NCBI GenBank assembly: GCA_947624135.1
Contig: CANQIV010000002.1
Coordinates: forward strand, 1 to 45,850
Direction: 5' to 3'
DNA: 45,850 nucleotides
Source: an uncultured Bacilli bacterium
GTDB lineage: Bacteria; Bacillota_I; Bacilli_A; RF39; UBA660
Of the stretch, positions 9,411-18,859 are shown one piece after another (within the stretch, counting starts at the first letter, position 1; every line of letters begins with the position of its first letter). Position numbers and translations under genes: made by a program. Under the pieces are notes generated by a model that ran no database searches, was not told the DNA's origin, and worked only from the letters and a program-made list of their open reading frames with translations.

Positions 9411-10714
9411 TTTTTATATTGCATTTCGTTTCCACTATAAAAGCCTTCGCAAAGAGTTGGACTATTAGGTTGATATATACTTGCACAATAATATTTACCA
9501 CCTACATTTGTTTTAAAGTATGGTTTACTACACTTATTATCTATGAAACATGCCATACATGATGTAATACTCTTTTGATCATCTTTATCAGCTACTTTAG
9601 TAACTACAAATTGTACTATTGATATAATCATAAATATCATTACTGCAGCAATCACTTTTTTAACAAGTGATTGTTGTGCTTTTTTTATTTCATCTTCTTT
9701 TGATGCCATTGTTGCTTTAACTAAAGTTATTATACCTACTACTATAAGGATTATTGGTGTCGCAATTTTAAGTAAATTAATAGCCATACTTATAAGTTCT
9801 GGTACTTGTATTGGAATATCATGAGCATCGCCACACATTATAAACCTTAAATTATCTACATTACAATATGAATATTTGTCATAAAGTCCTCCACCTTCAT
9901 TCCAAACAAATCTATGATTTATACACTCTTCTTTTCCTAAGTTAAGTTCATTTATGGATTTTGGGTTAAGAGTTATAGCTAAATCCCATCGAGCAAGTAA
10001 ATGAGTTTCACTGCCATCAATAGGAAAATCTACAATATCACCAAATGTTATAGTGACACGATCACTTTTTAAACATTCACCATAAAATTTGTCATTAATG
10101 TTATTTCCCCCACAAAGCCATTGTCCGTTAGCATTTTGTACATACCAACCACTTTGAATATAACCAGTAGTTTCAAACATCCTATTTGGTATTTTATAGC
10201 CAGCTAATTTAATTATATCCATTTCGTCTGTATTAGCAATATAATCAGAAGTTGTTGTTATTTTTAAATTGTTGATGTCTTCTTTATTATCCTTAAAATA
10301 AAATTTAGTAGTTTGTATATTTCTTAATTCAAATCTTATATCAGTTAATAATGTACTATTATTATTTAAATTATAAATATCATCATATAAAACCAAGTAC
10401 TTGTTATTATCGGTCGTGTTAATTTGAGCAAAAGCTGGACATTTACCACTTGCTATTATTGATGAAATATCATCCTCATTTCCTTCTCTATTTGCGTCAA
10501 TTAAATGATATTTTTTACCATTTTCATCATTATAATTAGTAAAATCAGGGTTAGTACTCCAAACATTTAGTGTTGTATCAAGTTCAATATCAAATTTTAT
10601 CCATATAACATCATCATCAACGCCTTGATAAGTACATGTTAATGCTGCAGCATGTATCCCAAAACAAAGAAATGTTATTAAAAATATTACTAAATAATTA
10701 ATTTTTCTTTTCAT
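9407..10714 (-). CDS. Secreted, membrane-anchored surface protein: large Cys-containing ectodomain fused to the C-terminal two-TM pilin-like module (paralogue P1)
   Basis: It has a signal peptide (MKRKINYLVIFLITFLCFGIHAAA). A GY..GWY...ARW segment resembles a Listeria/Bacteroides (Flg_new) repeat. The C-terminus IATPIILIVVG...SKEDEIKKAQQSLVKKVIAAV...SCMACFIDNKC matches the family at 32370-35312. There is an ATGA overlap with pduL and AGGAGAG SD. Confidence 0.8.
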   Translation of the reverse strand: MKRKINYLVIFLITFLCFGIHAAALTCTYQGVDDDVIWIKFDIELDTTLNVWSTNPDFTNYNDENGKKYHLIDANREGNEDDISSIIASGKCPAFAQINTTDNNKYLVLYDDIYNLNNNSTLLTDIRFELRNIQTTKFYFKDNKEDINNLKITTTSDYIANTDEMDIIKLAGYKIPNRMFETTGYIQSGWYVQNANGQWLCGGNNINDKFYGECLKSDRVTITFGDIVDFPIDGSETHLLARWDLAITLNPKSINELNLGKEECINHRFVWNEGGGLYDKYSYCNVDNLRFIMCGDAHDIPIQVPELISMAINLLKIATPIILIVVGIITLVKATMASKEDEIKKAQQSLVKKVIAAVMIFMIISIVQFVVTKVADKDDQKSITSCMACFIDNKCSKPYFKTNVGGKYYCASIYQPNSPTLCEGFYSGNEMQYKN

Positions 10715-11283
10715 AAAATCTCTCCTATATCTCCATTTTTTACAAGGTGAGCATTAGCGTCATCTGTATCTAAATGCATTTCAAAATAAGATTCATCACT
10801 TACTTTTAAATATACATTAGTTATAATTCCACCTTTTTCACCATTTATTTTTACATTTACTTTTTCTATACCTTCTAAGTTATAAGCTTTAACCTGACTA
10901 GGTAATATATGTATATGTCTCGTTGCAATTATACACCCTTCTTTTAATTTTACACAACCTTTAGGTCCAATTATAGTTATTGGACTACTATCCTTTAAAT
11001 CTCCCGAATTTCTAATTGGAGGATTAAGTCCTAATTTATAAGCATCTGTTTTACTTATTTCAACTTGAGTATATTCTCTTAATGGTCCAAGTACTCTTAC
11101 ATTATTAATTTCATCTTTATCTGTTTTAAGTGTTACTAAAGAATTTGTTGCAAACTGTCCTGGCTGATTTAAATCATTCCTTTTTTCTAACTTGTAATCT
11201 TCACCAAATAATATTTGTAAGTGCTTCAAAGTTAAATGAACATGCCTATTTGATACTCCAATACTTACTTTCAATCTTATCAC
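10711..11283 (-). CDS. pduL: Phosphate propanoyl/acetyltransferase PduL
   Basis: Duplicated PduL signature: VSNRHVHL and ATRHIHI. The track start is GTG 11283. TTG at 11274, preceded by AGGTGA, is an alternative. Confidence 0.88.
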   Translation of the reverse strand: MIRLKVSIGVSNRHVHLTLKHLQILFGEDYKLEKRNDLNQPGQFATNSLVTLKTDKDEINNVRVLGPLREYTQVEISKTDAYKLGLNPPIRNSGDLKDSSPITIIGPKGCVKLKEGCIIATRHIHILPSQVKAYNLEGIEKVNVKINGEKGGIITNVYLKVSDESYFEMHLDTDDANAHLVKNGDIGEIL

Positions 11284-11346
11284 CTATTAAAATTATAGCA
11301 TATTTTCATAATTTTTTAAATATATTTTAAAGAAAGGAATGATTTT

Positions 11347-11727
11347 GTGAATAATAGCTATTTAAATAACACTGTTTTTCCAGGAAAACCAATTTATTCT
11401 GGTAATATACCTACTCCAAATCAAACTACCGCACCTACTAATATGCAGGAATATATACCAAATGAACAATCATATATTGAAAATATTTTAAGAGTTAATA
11501 AAGGAAAAAGAGTATCTGTTTATCAATCTTTTGCAGATTCTGGAGAATGGAAAGATAGAATATTTACTGGAATTATAGAGCAATCAGGAAGAGATCATAT
11601 TATTTTAAGTGATCCAACTACTGGTAATTGGTATTTGCTTCTCATGATATATGTAAACTTTATAAAATTTGATGAAGAAATAAATACTGTTGAGCAGTTT
11701 TATCCATCAAATCCGTCTAACAGTTGA
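11347..11727 (+). CDS. gerQ: Spore coat protein GerQ-like
   Basis: The core QSYIENILRVNKGKRVSVYQSF...FTGIIEQSGRDHIILSDPTTGNWYLLLMIYVNFIKF matches the GerQ/YwdL pattern. The start is GTG. Confidence 0.75.
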   Translation: MNNSYLNNTVFPGKPIYSGNIPTPNQTTAPTNMQEYIPNEQSYIENILRVNKGKRVSVYQSFADSGEWKDRIFTGIIEQSGRDHIILSDPTTGNWYLLLMIYVNFIKFDEEINTVEQFYPSNPSNS

Positions 11728-11773
11728 TAATTTTATAAAATTTTGATATAATTAATCTAGGTTAGGTGGTACG

Positions 11774-12316
11774 ATGAATACATTTATAATAACGATTGCA
11801 ATAGTTATTGTTGTGGATTTAATTTTAATATTACTAGTATCTAGTTATAATCATTTTCAAGATTATATTATTAGAATTAACGAAGCAGAGGTAAATATAG
11901 ATGCAACACTTAGAAAAAGATTTGATTTACTTAATAAATCTATTGGTATTATTAAAGAAACCACAAAAACAGAAGATGATGTCTTAGATATAATACCTAA
12001 AATAAGATCAAAAAAGTTAACTAACTTTGAATTAGATAGAGAATTATATGACGCAATTAATGAATTTCATGTTATAAAAGATAAATACTTAGAGTTACAA
12101 TCTTGCAAAGAATTTTTAAAGATTGAAATTAATTTAATTGAATCTGAATCTGAAATAGTTGGTCTTAGAAAATATTATAATGATATTATCACTGATTATA
12201 ATAAATTAGTTAAATCATTTCCATCTAATTTAATAGCAACCTTAAAAAATTATAAAACAAAAGAATACTTTGATGGTAATAATATAGATAATGAAAAAGA
12301 AACTGTTAAACTTTAG
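11774..12316 (+). CDS. lemA: LemA family membrane protein
   Basis: N-terminal TM followed by YNHFQDYIIRINEAEVNIDATLRKRFDLL, typical of LemA. SD is GGTGG. Confidence 0.85.
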   Translation: MNTFIITIAIVIVVDLILILLVSSYNHFQDYIIRINEAEVNIDATLRKRFDLLNKSIGIIKETTKTEDDVLDIIPKIRSKKLTNFELDRELYDAINEFHVIKDKYLELQSCKEFLKIEINLIESESEIVGLRKYYNDIITDYNKLVKSFPSNLIATLKNYKTKEYFDGNNIDNEKETVKL

Positions 12317-12744
12317 TTTCTTTTATTTTTTCTTCTAATAAATATAAACATAAATAATAATATAAAGAATATACTTAAAGCAATTATTACATAGTTTCTA
12401 TTAAGTTCAATTGAAATTTTATCTATTGTTTCATTTGTATCGTTAACATCATCAACTATTTTTAATATATATTCTCCTTCTTTAGAATAAGAATAATGTT
12501 CTCTTACATAGTTTGCTAAATACTTTTCATCATTAAATTTCTCTATATCTATTTTAAGTTGATCTGCTTCTTGTTGGAGTTCTAAATATTTTTCTTCTAA
12601 ATGTTTTTTTTCTATAGTTAAATTATAAATAGTAACTAAATTATATAATAAACTAACTATAAAAACGATTATACATACTAAACTAAGTGGTCCAAGTATT
12701 ATCAGTCTTGATTTTGTTTGTTTTGAAATTTTACCCTTAGTCAT
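12313..12744 (-). CDS. divIC: Septum formation initiator DivIC/FtsB family protein, with an extra C-terminal TM segment
   Basis: TM plus coiled coil (EKKHLEEKYLELQQEADQLKIDIEKF) plus YVREHYSYSKEGEYI. It follows yabP-yabQ as in Bacillus. Start ATG 12744 has GGTGA upstream. The ORF track start is 12789. Confidence 0.75.
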   Translation of the reverse strand: MTKGKISKQTKSRLIILGPLSLVCIIVFIVSLLYNLVTIYNLTIEKKHLEEKYLELQQEADQLKIDIEKFNDEKYLANYVREHYSYSKEGEYILKIVDDVNDTNETIDKISIELNRNYVIIALSIFFILLFMFIFIRRKNKRN

Positions 12745-12766
12745 ACTATCACCATATAATATTCTA

Positions 12767-13054
12767 TCATTTTTTAGAATGTTTTGCAATTAACTTTATT
12801 ATTAAATCATATAGTATAAATCCAATTATAATACTTATTATTGAATATATATGAAATATAGCATACCCTATTTTTTGTATACCAATAAAATATAAAATAG
12901 TAATGAGTGTTACTAAAAGGATAGATAATATAATTTTTATATATTTTTTATATTGTTTTACTTTTTCATTAAACCATTCTAGTAAAAAAGAAAAAAAGAA
13001 ACCAAAAAAAAGTGAAAAAATAATTAATTTAATTTGAATATTTAAATCAATCAT
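12767..13054 (-). CDS. yabQ: Spore cortex biosynthesis protein YabQ-like
   Basis: 95-aa polytopic protein immediately after yabP with a 4-nt overlap. Confidence 0.7.
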   Translation of the reverse strand: MIDLNIQIKLIIFSLFFGFFFSFLLEWFNEKVKQYKKYIKIILSILLVTLITILYFIGIQKIGYAIFHIYSIISIIIGFILYDLIIKLIAKHSKK

Positions 13055-13335
13055 TTAAATAATTTAGCAAGTATGCTTTCTTTATTTTCTTGTTTCTTTT
13101 CTTTTTCTAAATAACTTAAACTATCTATTTTCCCTTTAATAACTACATCTCCTTGATATGTATCTAACTTAATAATTTCTAAATTAGCTCCTTTTATTTG
13201 CATATATCCCATATTTGTTTCAAGTAAAAATTCTGATTCATCAAAATTATCTATTTTCTTTACTCCACTAATATTTATATTTTTTCTTTGAGTAATACTT
13301 ATATTATGAGTACCAGTTACTATATCCTTGTCCAT
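13051..13335 (-). CDS. yabP: Sporulation protein YabP
   Basis: 94 aa. The segment ISGVKKIDNFDESEFLLETNMGYMQIKGANLEIIKLD...VVIKGKIDSLSY fits the YabP pattern. Confidence 0.8.
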   Translation of the reverse strand: MDKDIVTGTHNISITQRKNINISGVKKIDNFDESEFLLETNMGYMQIKGANLEIIKLDTYQGDVVIKGKIDSLSYLEKEKKQENKESILAKLFK

Positions 13336-13389
13336 ATAATCACCTACTTAAAGTTATTCAATAAAAATTATTTTATGAATATTTTAGTC

Positions 13390-13415
13390 AAAAAAAGAAA
13401 ACTCTATAAGAGTTT
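13390..13415 (-). terminator. Rho-independent terminator after spoVG
   Basis: On the minus strand: AAACTCT-TAT-AGAGTTT followed by TCTTTTTTT. It overlaps the spoVG stop. Confidence 0.65.
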
Positions 13416-13671
13416 ATTCTTCAGCTTTATTATATTCTTCAAATATAGCATCTTCAAAAATTTTTCTTGTTTCTGCATTAATTGGGTGTGCGATATCATG
13501 ATATTCACCCTCTGCATTCTTTCTACTTGGCATTGCAATAAACAATCCATCTTTACCTTCGATTATTCTAATATCACGAACTACGAAGCAATCATCTAAT
13601 ACTACAGAAGCTATTCCTTTCATTCTAGTATCATCATTTTTTTTGTGAACATTGACTGACGTTATTTTCAT
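13414..13671 (-). CDS. spoVG: Septation/regulatory protein SpoVG
   Basis: MKITSVNVHKK...GIASVVLDDCFVVRDIRIIEGKDGLFIAMPSRK...DIAHPIN is a classic SpoVG sequence. Confidence 0.93.
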   Translation of the reverse strand: MKITSVNVHKKNDDTRMKGIASVVLDDCFVVRDIRIIEGKDGLFIAMPSRKNAEGEYHDIAHPINAETRKIFEDAIFEEYNKAEE

Positions 13672-13708
13672 AATTAAGCATCTCCTTCCGTTATCATTTC
13701 ACATCTTA

Positions 13709-13737
13709 AGTATATAATAATTTATTTAAAATTGCAA
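13709..13737 (-). promoter_or_regulatory. Sigma-A-like promoter upstream of spoVG
   Basis: On the minus strand: TTGCAA, a 17-nt spacer, then TATACT. SD GGAAGGAGA follows. Confidence 0.45.
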
Positions 13738-13762
13738 GTATTTTATTATATTTTTTTATAGC

Positions 13763-14209
13763 TTAATTAAATTTATTTTTTAATGTTTTATCTAATTCTC
13801 TTTTTATGTCGTTTTTCTTTATAGATTCTCTTTTATCGTAATTCTTTTTACCTTTTCCTAAACCTAATAATATTTTTGCTTTATTATTTTTAAAATAAAG
13901 TTTTAAAGGTACTAATGTATATCCTGTTATTTCTATTTTATCTCTTAATTTTAGTATTTCAGATTTATTTAGTAAAAGTTTTCTAGTTCTTCTTTCTTCA
14001 TGATTAAATACACCTGCATCACTATACTTACCTATGTACATATTAAGTAAAAATATCTCATTATTTCTTATTATTGCGTATGAATCTTTTAAATGCGCAA
14101 GTCCATCTCTTATCGATTTGATTTCTGTACCCTTAAGCACTATTCCAGCTTCTATTTCTTCTTCTATAAAATAATCAAAATAAGCTTTTTTATTCTTTAT
14201 TTCTATCAT
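13763..14209 (-). CDS. smpB: SsrA-binding protein SmpB
   Basis: IKNKKAYFDYFIEEEIEAGIVLKGTEIKSIR plus a basic C-terminal tail. Confidence 0.93.
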   Translation of the reverse strand: MIEIKNKKAYFDYFIEEEIEAGIVLKGTEIKSIRDGLAHLKDSYAIIRNNEIFLLNMYIGKYSDAGVFNHEERRTRKLLLNKSEILKLRDKIEITGYTLVPLKLYFKNNKAKILLGLGKGKKNYDKRESIKKNDIKRELDKTLKNKFN

Positions 14210-14238
14210 ATTTAGGCTCCTTTAATGATTACTATATG

Positions 14239-16329
14239 TTATTTTTTTATTATAAAATCAACTGTATGATTAATTTTACTTGCTGATTTTACCTCTACTT
14301 TAACCTCATCACCTAATCTATAACCTCTTTTATTTTTGTTACCAACAAGTGAAAAAGTTCTTTCATCATATCTATAATAATCGTCTTTTAAATCTTCTAT
14401 TCTTACTAACCCTTCTATTTTATTTGAAAGTTCTATAAATATACCAAAACTCATAACTCCAGATATTATTCCAGTATATTCTTCTCCAATGTGTTTTTCC
14501 ATATATTCAGCCATTTTCATATCGTCAACTTCACGTTCACAATCTATTGCAGCTCTTTCTCTTTCTGATGTATGTTCTGATATTTGTACTAGTTTTTGTT
14601 CCCAATATTTAAGTGTTTCATTACTTATATTTTTATTAAATAGATATGTTCTAAGTAATCTATGAACTGTTGTATCGGGATATCTTCTAATAGGAGATGT
14701 AAAATGTGTGTAGCACTTACTTGCAAGTCCAAAGTGTCCTATATTATTTGAATCATATACTGCCTTTTGCATGCTTCTTAAAAGTAATGTAGATAGTATT
14801 GAATACTCTTTTACATCTTTTAAACTATCAAGTAATTCTTGCATACTTTTTGGAGTTATTTTTTTCATTTTCTTTACACTATATCCTAGTATACTTATAA
14901 AATTTAGGAAATTATTTATTTTTTCTTCATTAGGTTCTCCATGAACACGATATATAAATGGATAATCTAAATATGTTACATGTTTAGCTACTGTTTCATT
15001 AGCCGCAATCATAAAGTCTTCAATTAGTTTTTCACCAATCCCACGTTCTCTTAATTTTACATCTATTGCTTCTCCATCTTGATTTGTTATTATTTTAGCT
15101 TCATCTATTTCAAAATCTATATATCCTTTTCTTATTTTATTTTGTCTTAATATATTAGCAAGTTCTGACATTTGTTTTAATGTATCTGCATAAGGTTCAT
15201 ATCCTTCTGGTATTATATTATTTTCTAGTATACTATTAACTTTTTTATATGTCATTTGTATTCTTGATTTTATGACACTCTCAAATATATCATAATCTAC
15301 TATTTCACCATTTTTATCTATTTCCATGACACAGCTAATAGCAAGCCTATCTACATTTGGATTAAGTGAACATATGCCATTTGAAAGTTCATGAGGTAAC
15401 ATTGGTATTACAGTGTTTGCTAAATAAGAACTAGTACCTCTTTTATATGCTTCTTCATCTAAAGGAGTGTTTTCTTTAACATAATAAGAAACATCGGCTA
15501 TATGAACTCCCAATTTATAATTTCCATTTTCTAGTTTTTCTAAAGATATCGCATCATCTATATCTTTAGTATCATCGCCATCTATAGTAAATATTGTTTT
15601 ATCTCTTAAATCTACTCTATCTTTATATTCATCTTCTAATACATGATCTGGAATTGTTTTAAGTTGTTCCTTTACTGATTCAGGAAATTCATCTTCTATT
15701 TCATATTTGGCTGCTATACTCAATATATCTACACCCGGATCATCTACATGACCAAGTATTTTTATAATCGCACCTTTATATGTTTGATTGTCTATTCTAT
15801 TAAGTAATCTAACAAGTACTTTATGTCCACTTACCGCACCAAGTGTTTTATCACTATCTACTATTATAGTTAAATTTACTTTTTTATCATCTATATCTAT
15901 TAAACATTTATTGTTTTTATAATAAACTTTACCTACAAACTGTTTTAATTTACGTTCTACTACTCTAAGTATTCTACCTTCAAGTTTCAACCCTTTTTTA
16001 GATGTTATTTCTACAACAACTTGATCGCTATTTATCGCACCATTAATATTTTGTTGATCGACAAATACATCTTCATCACCTTCTATGTCTACAAATCCAT
16101 ATCCTTTTTTAGTAGACATAAATCTACCTACTTTAAGATTACTGTTATCAAATAACATGTATTTGTCTTTTTTTGTTCTATAAATTTTTAAATCTTGTTC
16201 TAAAGAATTTAATACTTTTAAAAGTTCTTTTAATTCATCTGCAGTATCAATTCCAAGTTCATCTTCAAGTTCATATATAGATAATGCGTTATTATCTTTA
16301 CTTAATATTTGTAAAATCTTTTCTTCCAT
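14239..16329 (-). CDS. rnr: Ribonuclease R
   Basis: Cold-shock-like segment KKGYGFVD, RNB motif DTKDIDDAISLE and C-terminal S1 domain (YTGIISGVMSFGIFIEL). Start ATG 16329 (MEEKILQ) has AAGGA upstream. The ORF track start is 16350. Confidence 0.92.
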   Translation of the reverse strand: MEEKILQILSKDNNALSIYELEDELGIDTADELKELLKVLNSLEQDLKIYRTKKDKYMLFDNSNLKVGRFMSTKKGYGFVDIEGDEDVFVDQQNINGAINSDQVVVEITSKKGLKLEGRILRVVERKLKQFVGKVYYKNNKCLIDIDDKKVNLTIIVDSDKTLGAVSGHKVLVRLLNRIDNQTYKGAIIKILGHVDDPGVDILSIAAKYEIEDEFPESVKEQLKTIPDHVLEDEYKDRVDLRDKTIFTIDGDDTKDIDDAISLEKLENGNYKLGVHIADVSYYVKENTPLDEEAYKRGTSSYLANTVIPMLPHELSNGICSLNPNVDRLAISCVMEIDKNGEIVDYDIFESVIKSRIQMTYKKVNSILENNIIPEGYEPYADTLKQMSELANILRQNKIRKGYIDFEIDEAKIITNQDGEAIDVKLRERGIGEKLIEDFMIAANETVAKHVTYLDYPFIYRVHGEPNEEKINNFLNFISILGYSVKKMKKITPKSMQELLDSLKDVKEYSILSTLLLRSMQKAVYDSNNIGHFGLASKCYTHFTSPIRRYPDTTVHRLLRTYLFNKNISNETLKYWEQKLVQISEHTSERERAAIDCEREVDDMKMAEYMEKHIGEEYTGIISGVMSFGIFIELSNKIEGLVRIEDLKDDYYRYDERTFSLVGNKNKRGYRLGDEVKVEVKSASKINHTVDFIIKK

Positions 16330-16437
16330 TGTTATCCATCCTTTTATCAATTATATTATAGAATATTTATCTATTTTATTATAGTATTTTAAGTGAAAAA
16401 TTATATATTTTTGTAAATATGTGTAAAGAAAAAGGAA

Positions 16438-17484
16438 TTAGAAAATTCCACATGAATTATAGTTAAATCCCATTTTAGTAATTACAAATTCAAGTATAAA
16501 TGGTACTATAAATATTAAAGCTGCAATTATTAAACGTTTCATAAATTTTTGTTGAGCTTTTTTCATTTCATCGTCTTTATCCGCACCTATGGCTTTCATA
16601 AAATCAATTATACTAAGTATTATTATTAAAGCTGGTACAAGATATTTTATCCATTTTAGTATATTTACTATGAAAGCTATTAACCTATCTGAAAAACCAC
16701 AGTTTCCTGATGCTCCACCCTTACCTTCTAAAGCATATATCTCACTTTCTAAATTCATACATTGAACAACACAGGGATCATAATAATTTCCACTACCAAG
16801 CTTTTGCTTACAATATTCTTTTAAATTTTCTTTTAAGACATTATAATTATTAACTCTATCTTCTTCACAAGACGAACTATTTTTACAATCATCTGAATTA
16901 TATTTTTTTAGTTGACTAAAATAATTATTATATGTAACGCAATATGAAAGACCATTGTCATCTACATTTGGTTTAGTTACAGTATTTGCACGATACCATT
17001 CATAATCTATTTCAGCTTCATAACACTTTTCTGTTTTTAATTCTTTACCATCTGATAAAGTATATTTTTTTTGTCCTTTTGATTTTGCTACTTCGTCTGC
17101 ATATTCCCATAAACCTTTATTAATGATGATACCTCGATCTATTTCTGTTATATTTGTGCAAACTTTAACACTTTTCGGACATAAATCTGTACCATTTGAT
17201 GTAAGCACTTGTACTATAGATTCTTCATTATAACTACTATCCTTTATTAATGGATCTAATATTTCAATAGTTTGACTAACGTTATTATAGGACTCTGAAT
17301 ATAATGCAGTTATTGTTAAATTAGTTTTATCAATTTCTAAACTACCTGTATATGTTTTGTCACCACCCGAAGTTCCTTTTGCATCCACTGTTGTATAAGC
17401 ACAATAATATGTGTCTGCTTTTACACTTAAATTAAATGTCATAAATAAAGCAATTACAAATAGTATATTATATATTTTTTTCAT
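16438..17484 (-). CDS. Secreted Cys-rich surface protein ending in a divergent copy of the two-TM pilin-like module (paralogue P2)
   Basis: It has a signal peptide (MKKIYNILFVIALFMTFNLSVKA). The C-terminus is YLVPALIIILSIIDFMKAIGADKDDEMKKAQQKFMKRLIIAALIF...NSCGIF. Start ATG 17484 has AAGGA upstream. The ORF track start is 17493. Confidence 0.75.
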   Translation of the reverse strand: MKKIYNILFVIALFMTFNLSVKADTYYCAYTTVDAKGTSGGDKTYTGSLEIDKTNLTITALYSESYNNVSQTIEILDPLIKDSSYNEESIVQVLTSNGTDLCPKSVKVCTNITEIDRGIIINKGLWEYADEVAKSKGQKKYTLSDGKELKTEKCYEAEIDYEWYRANTVTKPNVDDNGLSYCVTYNNYFSQLKKYNSDDCKNSSSCEEDRVNNYNVLKENLKEYCKQKLGSGNYYDPCVVQCMNLESEIYALEGKGGASGNCGFSDRLIAFIVNILKWIKYLVPALIIILSIIDFMKAIGADKDDEMKKAQQKFMKRLIIAALIFIVPFILEFVITKMGFNYNSCGIF

Positions 17485-18199
17485 ATTCCACATCCTTTTT
17501 TACATATATTTTATTAATTATTAAACCAACTAGTCCACCTATAAAACCTGCTATAACTAATATTAAAAATCCTATATATTCATTATAAATGTCAAAATTA
17601 ATTAATACCTGACTAGGTCTATTATAATTTGTTCCAAAATCATAATTTATACAATAAGTAATAAGTAATATTCCAATCGAACTTATTGAAGATTTTAATA
17701 AATCTTTAAATTTAAAATGGAGTTTATTAATTCCCATAATTAAAGTAACAAAAACAAGAATTAAATGGTGGCTTATAAACAATGAATAAAATAGAAATGT
17801 ATCTATACCACCTAAAACATCTGGAAAAATTATCGCCCAAAATGAACCAATCCATGTAAGGCCATATATTATTTTATAAAATGGTTTATAATTCATTATT
17901 AAACTAAGTACAAATAAATAATTTACAATATGACAATAATAGAGTGATAAATGTATTTTTACATTATATATTCCATAATACATATATGATCCTCTATATA
18001 TAAACATATTAAGTAATATTATTATTGAAATAATTATTCTAATTTTTTTGAAATTTTTTTTAGTCTTTAATTTATCATTATCTTTTAATTTATATACGAT
18101 TATAAATAAAATAATTGTTACTATAGTCATAAATAGATGTTGGATTCCAAACATTTTAAATGGAAATCTATTATTTCTTGATAACAAAAAATTTTTCAT
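17468..18199 (-). CDS. Polytopic integral membrane protein, possibly YwaF/TIGR02206-like
   Basis: At least 6 hydrophobic segments and an F..FG.QH motif near the N-terminus. ATG 18199 has GAGG 8 nt upstream. The track start 18214 is a GTG. The family call is tentative. Confidence 0.55.
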   Translation of the reverse strand: MKNFLLSRNNRFPFKMFGIQHLFMTIVTIILFIIVYKLKDNDKLKTKKNFKKIRIIISIIILLNMFIYRGSYMYYGIYNVKIHLSLYYCHIVNYLFVLSLIMNYKPFYKIIYGLTWIGSFWAIIFPDVLGGIDTFLFYSLFISHHLILVFVTLIMGINKLHFKFKDLLKSSISSIGILLITYCINYDFGTNYNRPSQVLINFDIYNEYIGFLILVIAGFIGGLVGLIINKIYVKKDVEYEKNI

Positions 18200-18265
18200 A
18201 CGATGATACCTCACAAATATTTATATCTACAATCTAATTATATCAAAAAAGATAAACAATGTAAA

Positions 18266-18859
18266 TTAATTTAAAATACTTATAAATTTTTTTATTAATA
18301 AGTTGTTGTTCCATTTATCTTCAAAATAGTACATCATGGATATTATTATAGAGCCTAAAAAAGCTACTATAATATCTTCCATTGTATCATGAACTCCTGT
18401 TAATTTTACTCTTTGTGGATCAACGTTAAATAAACAACTTGATGTAAATTCAAACATTTCCCAAATCGCTGCAACCATAAGGGTAACAGATATTATAAAG
18501 AATATATTAAATTTTCTATTACTATTTACTTTTGATTTTACTAGAATAAATATCGCACCAAGTGAACTTATTATACCTGATATAAAATGTGTATATTTAT
18601 CAAACCAATATATTTTAGTATAAAAATTCATTATAACTCCTAAGAAATGTGCGTTAAATATAAATAATATATAAATAAAATTTATTCCATCATTTATATC
18701 TATTTTAAATATTTTTTTAACTATATATAAAGCATTTATTGTAAATATTATTGATATATCTTTTAGTATATAAACTAAACTTCTATCTTTAGTAATTGTT
18801 ATATAAATACTTCCAACTACAGCTATTAAAACAAGAATTATATTAATTTTCTTTATCAT
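18266..18859 (-). CDS. Polytopic membrane protein, possibly DUF2238/YjdF-like
   Basis: 197 aa with motifs FDKYTHFISG and WEMFEF, and AGGAGA SD. It overlaps the rmuC end by 17 nt. The family call is tentative. Confidence 0.55.
   Translation of the reverse strand: MIKKINIILVLIAVVGSIYITITKDRSLVYILKDISIIFTINALYIVKKIFKIDINDGINFIYILFIFNAHFLGVIMNFYTKIYWFDKYTHFISGIISSLGAIFILVKSKVNSNRKFNIFFIISVTLMVAAIWEMFEFTSSCLFNVDPQRVKLTGVHDTMEDIIVAFLGSIIISMMYYFEDKWNNNLLIKKFISILN

Noticed and set aside
13672-13762. Expected tmRNA (ssrA) gene next to smpB, as in Bacillus
   Set aside because: The gap is only 91 nt and contains a promoter-like element and the SD for spoVG. There is no tRNA-like acceptor/T-arm sequence.
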